DNA of 63,483 nucleotides, counting the filler, from Craspedostauros australis (taxonomy: Eukaryota): NCBI GenBank assembly GCA_030167865.1. It is 11 parts of 11 records of this genome, joined end to end, with 100 filler letters (N's around TTAATTAATTAA, not from the genome) between each part and the next. Parts side by side here need not be neighbours in the genome. Positions count along the whole stretch, not along the records: positions 6,649 to 17,952 come from JALAGF010003691.1; positions 18,053 to 36,893 come from JALAGF010003693.1; 9 more parts are not named here. One strand, 5' to 3'. This document shows positions 11,289 to 23,545 of the stretch, piece after piece. The translations under genes were made by a program, and so were the position numbers. A model generated the notes under the pieces. That model was given only the letters and a program-made list of their open reading frames with translations. It made no database searches and had not been told where the DNA came from. Positions within the stretch are counted from its first letter, which is position 1; every line of letters starts with the position of its first letter.

Positions 11289-12922
11289 ATGTCCTCCACC
11301 GCTGCCAAAGCCTCAATCAAGAGTGAAAACCTGTCTCCTTGTAAGAAGCCTCGTTCCTGTGTTGCCCCTCTCGATTCTCCGTTTGATTCGGATGGCAACT
11401 TGGCACCTACTCATGAGCAGCTGTTGCCTGACAAGCTGTCTGCTGAATTGCGGAAGCCCACCAACATCACTCACGCGATCGAGGTGAAGCCAATGCTTCC
11501 AGTGGACAGCAACCTTGTTCCAGCTTTGGCGCATGTCGATGCCGCCAACCTGCGCGTTGACGTGCGCCTGTCCAGTGTGGCGGGTGTCATTTTTGATACA
11601 CCAACGGTCACACTGCGTACGGTGGGACAAGGTGTCGGTGCTATCACAGTGGTGGACGTCAGCGTGAACATGCCACCTCCCATTGAGTCTCCTGCCAAAC
11701 CAACTAACCGTGCAAGCACTTCACAACACGCCAATGCTGTAGCTGGAGGCTCTTCCGCTCATGTTGATGTTGACAGCGATGACGACTACGTGGATGGCCG
11801 TGATCGCAGGAGGAAGTGAACAGGTCGCAACAGAATCATGAAGAAAATGGTGAGAGGATGGCGTCGCGATGCGTTGGCCGGCGTCGCAGGGTTGGTTAAG
11901 TCTGTTCTATCTCCAAAAGTGTTCGACTCTATGCCAAAGACGGGCTTCGTACTCGGTGGAAAACACGAGAGAGCAACACCAAACGGCTGTGGGTACCAAT
12001 TGCTTCTGCGCTCTGGGATGTGTTGCTTCCAACAGAAGCGACACCGACTTGCCAGATGCATGAGGTGGTGCAATTTGTCCGAGCTGGGCAACCACTGCCA
12101 CCAATGAGGCTTGCACCTAATCTGTACCGCATATGTGTTGGAGGGAGCAAGCTCATGGACCTCTGCGCGAGAATGGCTCTTGGGCAGTCTGCATCTCCAA
12201 CAACATGCACAGACATTCTCACTGGATACACCAATGGATTGCCGGAGGAACAACGCGGGCGTGTACATGGAAATCGATTAACCATCACTAAAAGCCAACA
12301 TAACACATTGCATCATTACCACGACATGTTGAGCGACGGGGAAACCATTCCCCCCAAAGTTCTTCAATACCGTGTGACTGTGTGTGCTTTGTCTGGTGTG
12401 GTGTCGTTTCTCTGCACTACGACCACGTACAAGGTTGGCTTGTGCCACGAAGTGGAGTGGGAAGGAGTCGTATTCGAGAGCGTTCCAGTCTTCGATCGTG
12501 GAGGAAACATTGTCGTGGCGCTATTCGACATGTACAAGACTACCACTACCAACCCAGTGGGCAAGCCAGCATTTAAGGATATGACTAAGCTACTAACACG
12601 ACGTGGAAAAGTGAACACAGGGCTGTCGTCCTTCGAGAGCCACTTCTTGCTGGCGATGCTAACTCTCAAACGCACGATCTCGCGCCTTGTCACACTTTTG
12701 AAGGCTAAGTATCCTGCAACAAATGGTGTCGAGGACAAGAATGACGTGATTTTCCAGCAACTGCGCACAGCCGAGTCTCTGTTGTACGCATTGGAACTTC
12801 TTGTTGTCTTTGTCAAATGGGAATTCACTGCCTCTCACATGCAGATGGAGTGTGACGACCCACTGCACTCAGCTCAATTCGCGCTCACGCCCAATGAAGA
12901 GAAGAAGACAACAACGAAATGA
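11289..12922 (+). pseudogene. Fragmented ORF inside the TIR element, possibly a transposase N-terminal region
   Basis: Three consecutive + frames (11289-11819, 11838-12107, 12020-12922) end just before an LTR-like insertion. VPVFDR...PVGKPAFKDM...GLSSF...HSAQFAL loosely recalls DNA-transposon proteins. No catalytic triad seen. Confidence 0.4.
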
Positions 12923-12946
12923 TCCCAACCAACCCGAACATGTACT

Positions 12947-13807
12947 TGTTGGAAATCCAGGGTACCCCAGTCTCTAGTAGTAGTATCTGGTTACCTATTC
13001 ATGTTATTGCATTGTTGGAACTGTGAGTACAACATCTTCATCACTTTCAATTCCATTTGCCAAAGCATACATATTCCACTGTAGCACACAGTCTTGCCCT
13101 TGCTCATGCAGTGCTGTCCTCCTGCTTCATCATGTCATGCAGCATGTACTCCATGTACATCTCATCTTGCAGTATTGGTGCATCTCATCATACATCTCAG
13201 ATATTCCATCTCCTGACCTCTACCAATAGTTTTGTTAGCATAAACATTGCCAAGTCGTAGGCGTCACACAGCTCGGTCCATTCGATCGGATCAGGGTCTC
13301 CCATTCGTCACAGTAGCACCCTGGATGGGAGCTCATTCAGCTCCTCATCGTCACACATCTCCGATCATCTCCGATTGTTTCTCCCATTACTTCGCCGATC
13401 ACTTCACCGGCTTCCTGGAAGTTCGTCATCACTGGTTCGTTCACAGGCCGTCTCACACTTTGTGACATTGACCTTCCTCCAGTACTCTCTTTTCATTGGT
13501 TGCGACATGGGGGCCGTAGTCAAGTGTATCGTGATGTTGGTCACGATTCCAACATCCCTGCCCCCTGCGACATACACGTGTGCTTGGTATTCCTGCATTG
13601 AGGTCACGGACACCATAGTCCGGTTCGCATTCGGCACGTGGCGTTCTCCACAAGACGCGCGCAGCTCACATTTTCTGTCACAAAGATCCACAGATGTGAG
13701 TTGCGGTAATATATAATTTTATGACATTCGACTCCTTACTCTTGGGAGGTGCGGCAACTTGGTGTTTCACAACACCCGATTCCGGACAGATGCGATGGAC
13801 CTCAACA
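12947..13807 (+). mobile_element. LTR-like repeat (TGTTG...CAACA, ~860 bp) nested in the TIR element
   Basis: Starts TGTTGGAAATC like the copies at 27153 and 63151. Shares long blocks with 27153-27920 (e.g. GCATTCGGCACGTGGCGTTCTCCA) and ends CTCAACA. No 5-bp TSD. Confidence 0.65.
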
Positions 13808-15374
13808 TGTCATGAAAGGGAAGCAGGGACGAACAAAAGAATGCAAACAAGATACCGGAGACCAGCCCTGTGCAGCACTCCGCCACAATGCAACTGCATG
13901 CCATATAGAACCACATCGCTGTCGTCTGATAGCAAGGCAAATACTATTAACAATGAAATCTCCGAAAATACAAACGATCATATCTTGCCTATGGTCCCCC
14001 AAAACTTTGGAAACCCCACCAACGCGACGGCAACACGGAAACCTCACATTCGGAACCCTCGCAACACTATCCGTCTGTGCGTGCGTACGCCTCTACCCCG
14101 CAGATGCCATTCGAGGTTTAAGTATCCATATCTTTGTAACTACCCCGATCTGGAAGCCCAGAATGACACCATAGTTAGTTTCTCATTTTACTCTATAGGG
14201 TTGGATGGTTTATAAGCTAAAACGTGGTTTATCGTCTATAAGGCCCTCAATGGCCACTTTTGGGTTTAAGTTAGGATTCGTGTACTTTCGTAGACGAACC
14301 GGAGTAGACCTTGTGGACTGCCGGCTTCAAGTGAGGCCGATTAACGCAGTTCACTGGGCTTGAGTGTTGTATGACTGTCAAGGCTTGTAACGATGAATAG
14401 AGTAGTAGTGTTTGTACTGATCCGAACTTGTTATTATGAGTTAGTAGCTGTAGGCAGGATGAAGAAACGATAATCATGTATTGGCACGGCTCTGCACTGA
14501 CCCGCATGGTTCAGTGCTGAGAAGAGGCTGTACTTTCCTCCGTGTCCTCCTCCCCTGAATCGCTGGCGATGTCATACAGTAGGTCTCGTGGCTTCAGCAG
14601 ATGTTGAAGGGATGGGAGCTGCGCAGCCGGAGACGGCAGATTGAACTTGCATCAGGATTCCATTGCTGAGGTTGAAGCAGCTTAGATTGCCCACAATGTA
14701 GCTGGAATGAACGGCAAACGTCGTGGCAGCAAGAGGGAATCCAGGTGAGGTCCATCTGACAGGATCTGAGGAGCTTATAGTTCCCACATGCATTGGTTGG
14801 CTTAGACGGACCGTAGCATGGGAATCGGGAATGATTCGTGACTGAAAAGAGGGGAGGGCAAGGAAGGTCTGTCCATTGTCGGGTTTGGACAATTGCGCGC
14901 CAAAAGCAATTTCAAGCAACAACACGGGATACCCTAACAAGGAAAGTAGTCGGTTCTTAGTTGAACTTCAACTGTTTATCTGCATCGGGGTCATATACTC
15001 GTACGGCACTCCTCCTCGATATGGAATACCATCGTATGAGCTGTTATATTATACTATGGGTGTTGTATCACATTTTGTTTTAATACATAGAATAATATGT
15101 GTAGTATTGAGGGGGATTGTTGGGTTGGCTTGGGTCTGCTCAATGATCTGCCATCACACGAGTAGCCGATTGCCTCACCAAACCCTCACTGGGTCTGTCA
15201 TCGTCAACGGAACATGCAAGATGAAGGCGACAGTCGTCGCGCTTCGGTTGGAAAGGGGCCGTGTGAATTGCGATTGCGATTGGCCTCTCCGCTTGGGCGT
15301 ACTCGTACGCATACCTACGAGCGCGAGTACGGTGACAAGCTTGGAGGTGCGAGAGAACCGCACCGTTCCCGCGC

Positions 15375-17802
15375 TTACTTCTCGATCTTGGAAACGCTGC
15401 GGGTTCTGATGACAACCAACCCGACGTACATGAGCTTATAGATCATGCCGATGCCGATGAGGGTGCCAACATGCTCCCAGACACGGTCAGAGTTCTTGAC
15501 CACGGGGAAGGCGCCGTGCAGGACGGCAAGAGCCTCAGATGCTGTGGTATCCTCCCAGTCGGTGTCCTGGAATGTAACGTACACGGTGCTTGGCTGGAAG
15601 TAGGTGAATGGGAAGATGTAGTAGAACAGCTTCAATGGCCAGTACAGATCCTCCTCGCCGATCAGGAAGCCTCCGAACAGGAAGGAATCGAACCAAAAGC
15701 AGATGAAGGCCAGCATGCCGACGATGACGTTGCTGAAGGCGACAGACAGAACTTCGGCGACGGACTCGAAGACGAACATGGTCGCCATGTAGATGGCAAC
15801 GCATTCGCCGAAAGACTCCCACGGGACGTCCTGGATGACGAAGCTCGGAATGAGCAGGGCAATCATGGTGAACATGAAGAGCACCGGGATGACGAGGACA
15901 AACTTGGCCAGAATGTAGGACCATGGTTGGATCATTCCGTTCTGGACTTCGCGCTGGATTGAGTGGAACTCGTCGAACAACGCGTAGACAGCCACGACAG
16001 CCACTGTTCTCATGCGATGCGATGCGTCGATCCGAAGGTGCCGAATTGGGAACGGAAACGATGATAAAAAACAGAGGAGGACCGGTGAGATTTGATATTG
16101 CAATTCAAGAGAGCACAAGTGCCATGGAGTAGCAAGGCATCGCACGCACGCTCGAATGGCCAGAAGCAGATAGAGCAGGCCGATGGCAAAAAGCTGAATA
16201 TCCCAGCAACGTGGAATGGCACATCGACTTACTTTGCGCTGGGACACTGAGGATCCACATCTGGATCCAGAACTTGGAGTACGCGTTGTCCAGTGTGTGG
16301 TTTCTGGCCTCCCAGTACACAAACGCGAAGACCAAGGTCGCGACGGCGATGAGAACGGCGCGACCGAGGTACAAGATGGGGTCGCGGATGATCAACGTCC
16401 GATGGCGATGGAACATGATCGACATCTGACTGAGGATGGGCGCGTTGACGTAGCTGCCCTCCATGTCGATGCTGGATTTGTGCTTCATGGTGGCGTTGCC
16501 GTTGATCCCGGCGATAGCTGGCTTCATCCTGTACCAATGCATCAAGATCTCGTTGACCTGTGTTTCGCTGGTGAAGTCGCTGTTCACCAAGTCGAGGTAA
16601 TGCTCTGCCGGGTTGGTGTTGGCCGGCAGCGGATACCCGATCGAGTCGAAGAATGCCAAGGCATCCTCGGTGTTTCCGGAGAAGGCCTCCATGCCGCGGG
16701 TGAGGATCATGACTTGGTCGAAGGAGTTGTACACCTTGGTGGACGGCTGGTGGATGGTGCAAATGATGATCAGATGCTCGTCCTTGGCAACACGGCCGAT
16801 CTCTTCCATCACGCTGGATGCGGATGCTGCGTCAAGGCCGGATGTTGGCTGTCATGGTCACAAGGAAGCCACATAGAGTATGGTAAAAGTACAGAGAGTA
16901 GGCAAGTGTTGGATACAGACCAGGAACATGCGTGCACATCAAGAAATAGAGAGAGAGAGAGAGAGGAAGAAAGGGTGAGCAAACCTGCCAGATGGGTTCG
17001 AGTTTGAATTGATTTGATTCGATTGAGGGTGCACATTGGATCGTGCATGCTCTGGGATTCTTCGACAATCCCGACAGAGCGTTTGTGCGAACATGTGCGA
17101 TGTGCATGGTATGTCATGAACCGTGTGCGTGCGGGCGTGTGCGCTGTGCACTATACAAATATGTGCACTTACCTCATCCAAGAACAATACCTTTGGCTGC
17201 TTCAGCAATGCCACGGCGATGCTCAAGCGGCGCTTTTGCCCACCGGAGAGGCTGGAGCATCTGGTATCAGCGCAGATCACCAATCCCATCTTGTTCAACA
17301 CCTCATCGACAGCCGTATCGACCCCATGCGACGTGTCTGCCACATGGTACAGACCAGCGGCGTACTTCAAGGTTTCGCGAGTGGTGAGGTACGGCCAGTG
17401 CATGTCCTGCTGCTTGACAACGAAGCAGTGCTTCTTGAAGGCCTTGCCCGTCATGGTCATGCCGTTCAAGCTGATTTCGCCATTTGCTGTGCCATGGTGA
17501 GCATCCATGGTCAAGACGGAAATGAGGGTGGTCTTGCCCGCACCGGATGGTCCCAAAATGGCCAAGACATGGCCCTCCTTGACCTTACCGGAGATGTTGT
17601 GGAGGATCTTCTTCTCGTTGTCGCCCGAACCCACGGTGAAGTTGATGTTGTCGAACACGAGGGCTGATCCGGAGCTTTCGTCAGAGTCGATGGTTCCCAC
17701 AGAGGAGGCCTTCGCGCTCTTGTTGTTGATGCCTGATTCCATGCCATCCACGATCTCGGCTTCGATGTTGCCGCTGTCGGTGTGGGTGTTGCTGCGAGAC
17801 AT
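15375..17802 (-). CDS. Second ABCG copy; exons 17802-17173, 16848-16233, 16003-15375
   Basis: ORF translations and introns match the first copy at offset +8378. Confidence 0.93.
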
Positions 17803-18052
17803 GGTGATGAAAGTGGTTTTGTTTTTTCGCTTTGACGTTTGTTGTTCGAAATACTTGTGTGTTTGTGGCTGTGCTTTCTGATTGTCAGGAATCTGATTTG
17901 TGAGAGCAATAACCAAGCGGGTGCTCAGCGATCCTCTCTTGGCGTCACAGAGNNNNNNNNNNNNNNNNNNNNNNNNNNNNNNNNNNNNNNNNNNNNTTAA
18001 TTAATTAANNNNNNNNNNNNNNNNNNNNNNNNNNNNNNNNNNNNNNNNNNNN

Positions 18053-19965
18053 GATGAAGGCCGAGACCTCGATGATGGCTTCGCAGACGCCGGTGACTGT
18101 GCTGGCGAGACGAACGAGCTCCAATCATCTGCCCCATCCAAGGCCCGTTCCACGTTCCTGTTGTCTGCTCGGTTCTTCTGTCGATCGTTGCGTCGCTCCT
18201 GCCGTCGAGAGCTCAAGCCTCGTACCTGACCATCTCGCACGCCACTCTGCCATCCATCACCGTTGTTTCTATTGCTGTTTCTGCCGTTGTTATTGCGTCT
18301 GTCCATATCATCTCGCGAATTTCCGCCACGGAAGGTCCATTCACCATCGGAGTACCCAGAGTCATTATCACTCCGTTTCTGGTCCTTGTACCAATCCCAA
18401 TTGTCGGCGTTCTTCTTCGCTTCCCTCGCATCCATGTCGCTGCCGAACTTGCGGACCGTGTTGTCCTGTCGTCTCTGACGCATGAAGCGGCTGGAACCGC
18501 GCGTGCTGCGGTCCACTGTGTTCCGCATGTCCGATCCGGAGTTCCTATTAGGCTGCTGCGCCTTGTCAAGGTCGTACTGCGTGATGGGTTGCACGGGTCC
18601 TCCAAGACCGTCCAAGGCCTCCATGTCGCTCATCTTGCGCACGTCGCCAGGATTGAGCCAGTGATCGTAGACGGTACCGTAGGTGTAGAACCGAACCAGG
18701 ATCTTCCCTTCCTTCAGACGTTTGACGATACCATCCTCACCAAGGAACTTGCCTTGGGCCGTCACTTTGATCATGTCATCCACACGGAGCTCGCCGTACG
18801 TGCGAGTGACCTCCTCTTGCAAAGCCCTATCCTCGGCGGCCTGTTTCGCATCTGCCTCTTGCGTGTCCATGATGATCTCTTCTCCATCTTCCGTCAGCAT
18901 TGGGATTGGCATTCCGCTATCCCCTGCACCACTATCCTCGCCGTCCTCCTCTTCTTCCTTCTCCAATCCGAACTTTTCGATTTCATCCTCGTTCAGAATG
19001 ACGGGAGCGGGAGGGAGCTTCTTGTATCCCTTCTGGTTAACGGTTCCCATCCAGGATCGGCACAGATCGAGTCCTGTCCGAGCGTGAAAGGATGATGCAG
19101 CATAACAGCAACAGCACAAACGTGTGTAAAGGAGAGCGGGGTAAGGCAGTAGAGTGGAGTAGAGTAGAGCATTGATTTGTGTGAGTGTGGAATGGATGGA
19201 AGCATTCATGCTCGTAGAACGCAGCCGCCCATCCTTCGACCGACCAACTCACTGCTCACCCAACAAAGCACTCAACGAACCACTCAACGAACCACTCAAC
19301 CAACCAACCAATCACATCACATCACATCAAGACACAGGGCCACTTGTCCACCTCTGCATTGTTTACGTACCTTGGATTGCTTCGTAAGTCTTCTCGCAAA
19401 GACGGAGCTTGGCGAAGACGTAGCCCAAGTACTTCACCTTGGTCTCCGTGACGATGCGCTTGGCACCATGTGACCTCGTCTTCCTCTCCGTCGGCACCAG
19501 GAACTTGGTGACATCCTCCATCTCTCCACAGCGCTGCTTGCATTGCTCCAACAAGTCCATCTCGAGCCCTGCCACGCAATTGAGGACATACCAAAAGTGC
19601 TCCTCGTCCTCCTCCAGCTCCATTCTATCCCACAGCTTTCCAAACAGAGCGGTGGATGTTGTCTTTGCTGATAGTGAAACCGTTGGCGACGATGATGACG
19701 ATGACGATGTAGTAGTCCACGACCATATCCACGATCGTGGGACGGCCGCATTTGATCGCGAGAGTGGCCGATGCTGGTGTTCATACTGCTGCTGTTGCTG
19801 ATGCTTTGCGGATGACAACGATGATGGCACAAATGCCGAAGTCAACGAACAACCGCAACAGAGCAGCAGCATGAAAAGCGCGCAGAATGCGTGCTCCCGT
19901 TGCTGCGGTTGCCATTGCAGTTGCCGTTGCCGCTGACGTTGATGGACTGATGATATCCCACTCAT
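18053..19965 (-). CDS. nusG: Nucleus-encoded, plastid-targeted NusG-like transcription factor (3' partial); exons 19965-19371 and 19073-18053
   Basis: Signal peptide plus TSA-FVP motif. NGN domain (WYVLNCVAGLE...YLGYVFAKLRL) and KOW domain (LRVDDMIKVTAQGKFLGEDGIV). Intron GTACGT...CAG (19370-19074) gives in-frame IQG-LDL. Confidence 0.88.
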
Positions 19966-20870
19966 GATGATTGGTGAATCCTGGTGTACCAGTATGGAAT
20001 CAATGAGTGCATGCGAGGCGTCCTTCTGAGATCACTTGATGATTGTCGTCTTCTGTCTTCCTTGCTCGGTACTTCCTCCCTTCTTTGATGAGCGTCGGCG
20101 AGAGTGATGATGTGTCGGAGAGTGCGTTTGTCCATTCTCCTTTCGCACAACACATTTGTTCGTTGATCTTTGTTTTGGAGGGACACGATTGAGTTTGCGA
20201 TGCGTGGTCTGGTCGTCGTGCCGTGAAGGTGATTCAGACATGCTTAAATAGTCCATGTAGTCGTATCGTAGATAGAACGATACACGCTAGAGCAATCTCT
20301 GAAAACGCAACGCCGGCACATGATAGCAGTAGTCCACCCGTGCGTATAGTGAAGGTGATTCAGTAGTTCGCACAATAAACCATGCGTACTCCGAATCATC
20401 TGTCAACCTCGAGACACGTGGGATCGAAGAGTCCATCCTTCGACTGGACTTATCGTCTGTATCAGCTCTGGTTCGTACTAATCCGAGTACTGAATTGAGG
20501 CCTCGCAGCAATCACTCGCATTCTCTGCATTTTGATCGCTGCAGATTGCCTACCTGGAGTCTTCCATGAGGTTCAATTCCTCCTTGGTGCCTTCAGATCT
20601 CCTGTCACAGTCTCCGAACATTTGAAAGACACTTGTCTGAACAAGTTTAGAACATGAACCACCCCATAGATTTCATCCCGTATGCACCACGACCAATCGC
20701 AGAAACCTCACTTCAAACAAAGTCGCCGGTGTGGCCCACAAGCAGAGCCATGCACGTGCTGTTCTGAGATTGTTCCGGTGTGAACTACCATATTCTGCCA
20801 TTGCTTCGCCCACGCGACTCTGATGGGAACTGCGAAATCTGTAGTCCTAGATAATCTTCCTTTCGTTAAC

Positions 20871-22142
20871 TTAGTATGCTCCACATTCCTCTGGGTTTGG
20901 CAGTTGGTACACCTTGCCAGGTGAGATCCAATATCCAAATCTGTTGAATCGTTCACGTTTCGCAGGCTTCCCCATGATCCAGTTGTTGTGCACGACGTAA
21001 GTATTCTGCCGTTGCTGCGGAGTGAATTCTGTGAAGAATGGTTTCCCAACTGGAAATTGAGAATCGTTCAACGGCAGTATATGCATGAACTTTGCTCCAT
21101 TTGGCCTCTTGCGTATTTGTTCATATGCATCGTACATAGCTTCTTGGTCATGAAGATGTTTGCCAGTTTTCATCGCGGCTTCCCAAATGGACAGGAATTC
21201 GATGATGCCAACGTCCGTGTTTTCGCCGCCACTGCCATTACCTTGATTTGCGACTTCAGCTGCCTCAGCCTTTGGTATGTACAGCAGACCGCTGCACATA
21301 ATTCCTTTGTCAATTTCGTCGACTTCGCTCGTCGCAATCATTCGGGTCGACGGATTCTGTTCGACGATCTCTTTGAAGCGGGGCAAGATCTTGGGCGTCT
21401 GCCACACCGTGTCTGTATCAGAATATATCACATTCAAGTTTGTGCTGCTTGACATGAAGGCTTTGAGGATGTGGGGACGCGAGGATGTGATCTTCTTGAA
21501 TGCCTGCGAGTTGAATGTTGCTGGTCTTCGCAAGTGAGCGCCCGTTCCTCGCCTGCCCAGAAGAGGAGGCACAGATACAACATGTTCCGGCCAAAGTTGG
21601 GTGACACGGCTTGCTGTGAGCGAATCCAAAGGCACGATAACGTAGTTGGTGTACCCGATTTTCTCCAAGGAAGTGAGGGCATTCTCCAGGAAGTCGATGT
21701 ACGGACACGTCGTGAGGAAAACTACGATCGTGTCGTCGATGGCAACATTGCGGAGGATATCAGGTTCGGGCCATTCACCAGGTTCCTTTGGTGGAGTCGG
21801 TGGTGGTGGCGGCGGCGGCAGTTGTGGCGCATTTCGTTGAAGTTTGATTCTCGATTGTGTTCTTGCTTTGATTTCGACCTTTCTCAGGGCTTTCGTCTCA
21901 TGCGGCGGACTTTCGTGTCTTCCACCGCTGTTCTCGCTGCCATCGTCCCCTGCTTTGGACTCTTCCATCGCCTCCGCGAGAAGGTGAGCAAAACTTTCAT
22001 CAGCTGCGGTCGAAGCGAGCTTGATGGAGGTGTTGATGCTCATGCATGCGAGAATCACAATGAGTGCTATCCCCACTCTAACTCCCTGTTGGAAAACTGA
22101 ACGTCTGTTGGACGAAGACTTTCTTGTTTTCTTCTGTATCAT
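20871..22142 (-). CDS. Nucleotide-diphospho-sugar transferase (GT77-like), type II membrane protein
   Basis: N-terminal TM, Pro-rich stem, DxD motif YSDTDTVW, SGLLYI, HDQ, and C-terminal VVHNNWIMGKPAKRERF. Confidence 0.85.
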   Translation of the reverse strand: MIQKKTRKSSSNRRSVFQQGVRVGIALIVILACMSINTSIKLASTAADESFAHLLAEAMEESKAGDDGSENSGGRHESPPHETKALRKVEIKARTQSRIKLQRNAPQLPPPPPPPTPPKEPGEWPEPDILRNVAIDDTIVVFLTTCPYIDFLENALTSLEKIGYTNYVIVPLDSLTASRVTQLWPEHVVSVPPLLGRRGTGAHLRRPATFNSQAFKKITSSRPHILKAFMSSSTNLNVIYSDTDTVWQTPKILPRFKEIVEQNPSTRMIATSEVDEIDKGIMCSGLLYIPKAEAAEVANQGNGSGGENTDVGIIEFLSIWEAAMKTGKHLHDQEAMYDAYEQIRKRPNGAKFMHILPLNDSQFPVGKPFFTEFTPQQRQNTYVVHNNWIMGKPAKRERFNRFGYWISPGKVYQLPNPEECGAY

Positions 22143-23221
22143 GGCTCAACGATCACAAGGCGATTGGAGAGATGGAGGATGGCGAGTTGGATGGAGTGTA
22201 TGTATTCTCCTCGTCCTGCACTCGATGGTTGCAGTTGGAATCGCTGATACAGCGAGTTTTCGGGATCGTTGATTCCTTCTTTGATCTCTCTTGCACGTAA
22301 GCAGGCTTCGTCTTCGTTGGTATGTGAATGTGTTCTGTCTCGATACCACTTTGCAATGCAACCAGGAGGGCGGACGTTGATGATGGGAAAGCGATTGGTT
22401 TGATCGGAGAGAGTGTGCTGTTGGTGTGTTTTGTTGTTGGCCAACAGATGCACAACACAGAACCGTCATTGTCGTTGTTCCTAATTTTGCATGATGTTGT
22501 TCACGAAGCAAGTCCACAAACACGCTTGTGTTGGTCGGACGAATCAAGCGTGCCAACAAGTCATTGTCGCTCTGTCGCAGAAATGTCTGTTCCAGTCTCG
22601 AGAACGAGGATAGAGATCGGAGCACTTTCTCTGTTCTTTCCATTCCTGCCCAGCCAGCTTCCACGGTTGATCACAACTAATGAACATGGATGACGCCGAT
22701 CCCTCTCTTTCTCTCCAGAGATAACAAAGAGCAAGATGAGCAAAATGAATGCTTCACACCTCATCAGTCATGCAGGTTTGTTCCTGTTGCGGCGGTTGAA
22801 TTCTCTGCGCTCTGTTCTGCTCGGATCTCCTTTGCCCTCTTCTCAAAGTCAATGCTCTGCCATATCGAAGCTTGGCCTGGGAGGTTGCAAATTGAATAGT
22901 GAAGCGGAGAGTGCTATGAGTACGCACACGTGTGCAAAGTATTCGCCAGAAAAGAAGAGCAGCGATGCGTGCACTAGCTTGTGGAATACCATACAATTGA
23001 AAGCACCAGATTTGTATTGTTCATGACTGCATTCGACAGAATAGATAGCATTCGGCGTGACCCAGCCACAAGACAAGACTCAATAAATCTTTGTTCTTTT
23101 GTTGGAGTTGGCACGTTTCCTGTCTGTTGGATCGTTTCCGTGGAAAGCTGCGTGGAAGATCTCATGAACGTGGACGCGAGCGCGGAACGAACGAGCAAGA
23201 AAGACAAGCGGAACAGCGACA

Positions 23222-23343
23222 GAGGCAACACGATGACACGGAGGCAACACGATGACACGGAGGCAACACGATGACACGGAGGCAACACGATGACACGGAG
23301 GCAACACGATGACAGAGGCGACACGATGACACGGAGGCAACAC
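23222..23343 (+). repeat. Minisatellite, 19-bp unit GAGGCAACACGATGACACG, ~6.4 copies
   Basis: Four perfect copies, two variant copies and a partial copy, head to tail with no spacers. Confidence 0.95.
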
Positions 23344-23545
23344 AACATTTGAGGCACCACAAAGCGACGGCAAAGTACCGACGGCACTCAGGTTTTGGTT
23401 GGAGATAGCAGAGAGCAACTGAAAGCATCATAAAGAGGCTTCAAAGGCAACTTGGATACTCCATACATCGCACAGACACGCGCAGCCCAGGTGGAGAGTG
23501 GATCAAGAGCAGCAGCAGCAGCAGCCTTGCGCGCAAGAACTCACG

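Larger units (their letters stand above)
10432..14973. mobile_element. Putative TIR DNA transposon (~4.5 kb), degenerate
   Basis: 10432-10464 (AGTTGAAGTTCAACTAAGAACAGACTACTTTCC) is the reverse complement of 14941-14973 with 1 mismatch in 33 nt. Imperfect similarity continues to about 10528/14881. No TSD seen. Confidence 0.8.

Noticed and set aside
10784..14269. Inner TTAA-flanked piggyBac- or Sola-type element
   Set aside because: TTAA sites are present but no convincing inverted repeats adjoin them.
23222..23343. CRISPR-like array
   Set aside because: Repeats are head to tail with no unique spacers, there are no cas genes, and the context is eukaryotic.
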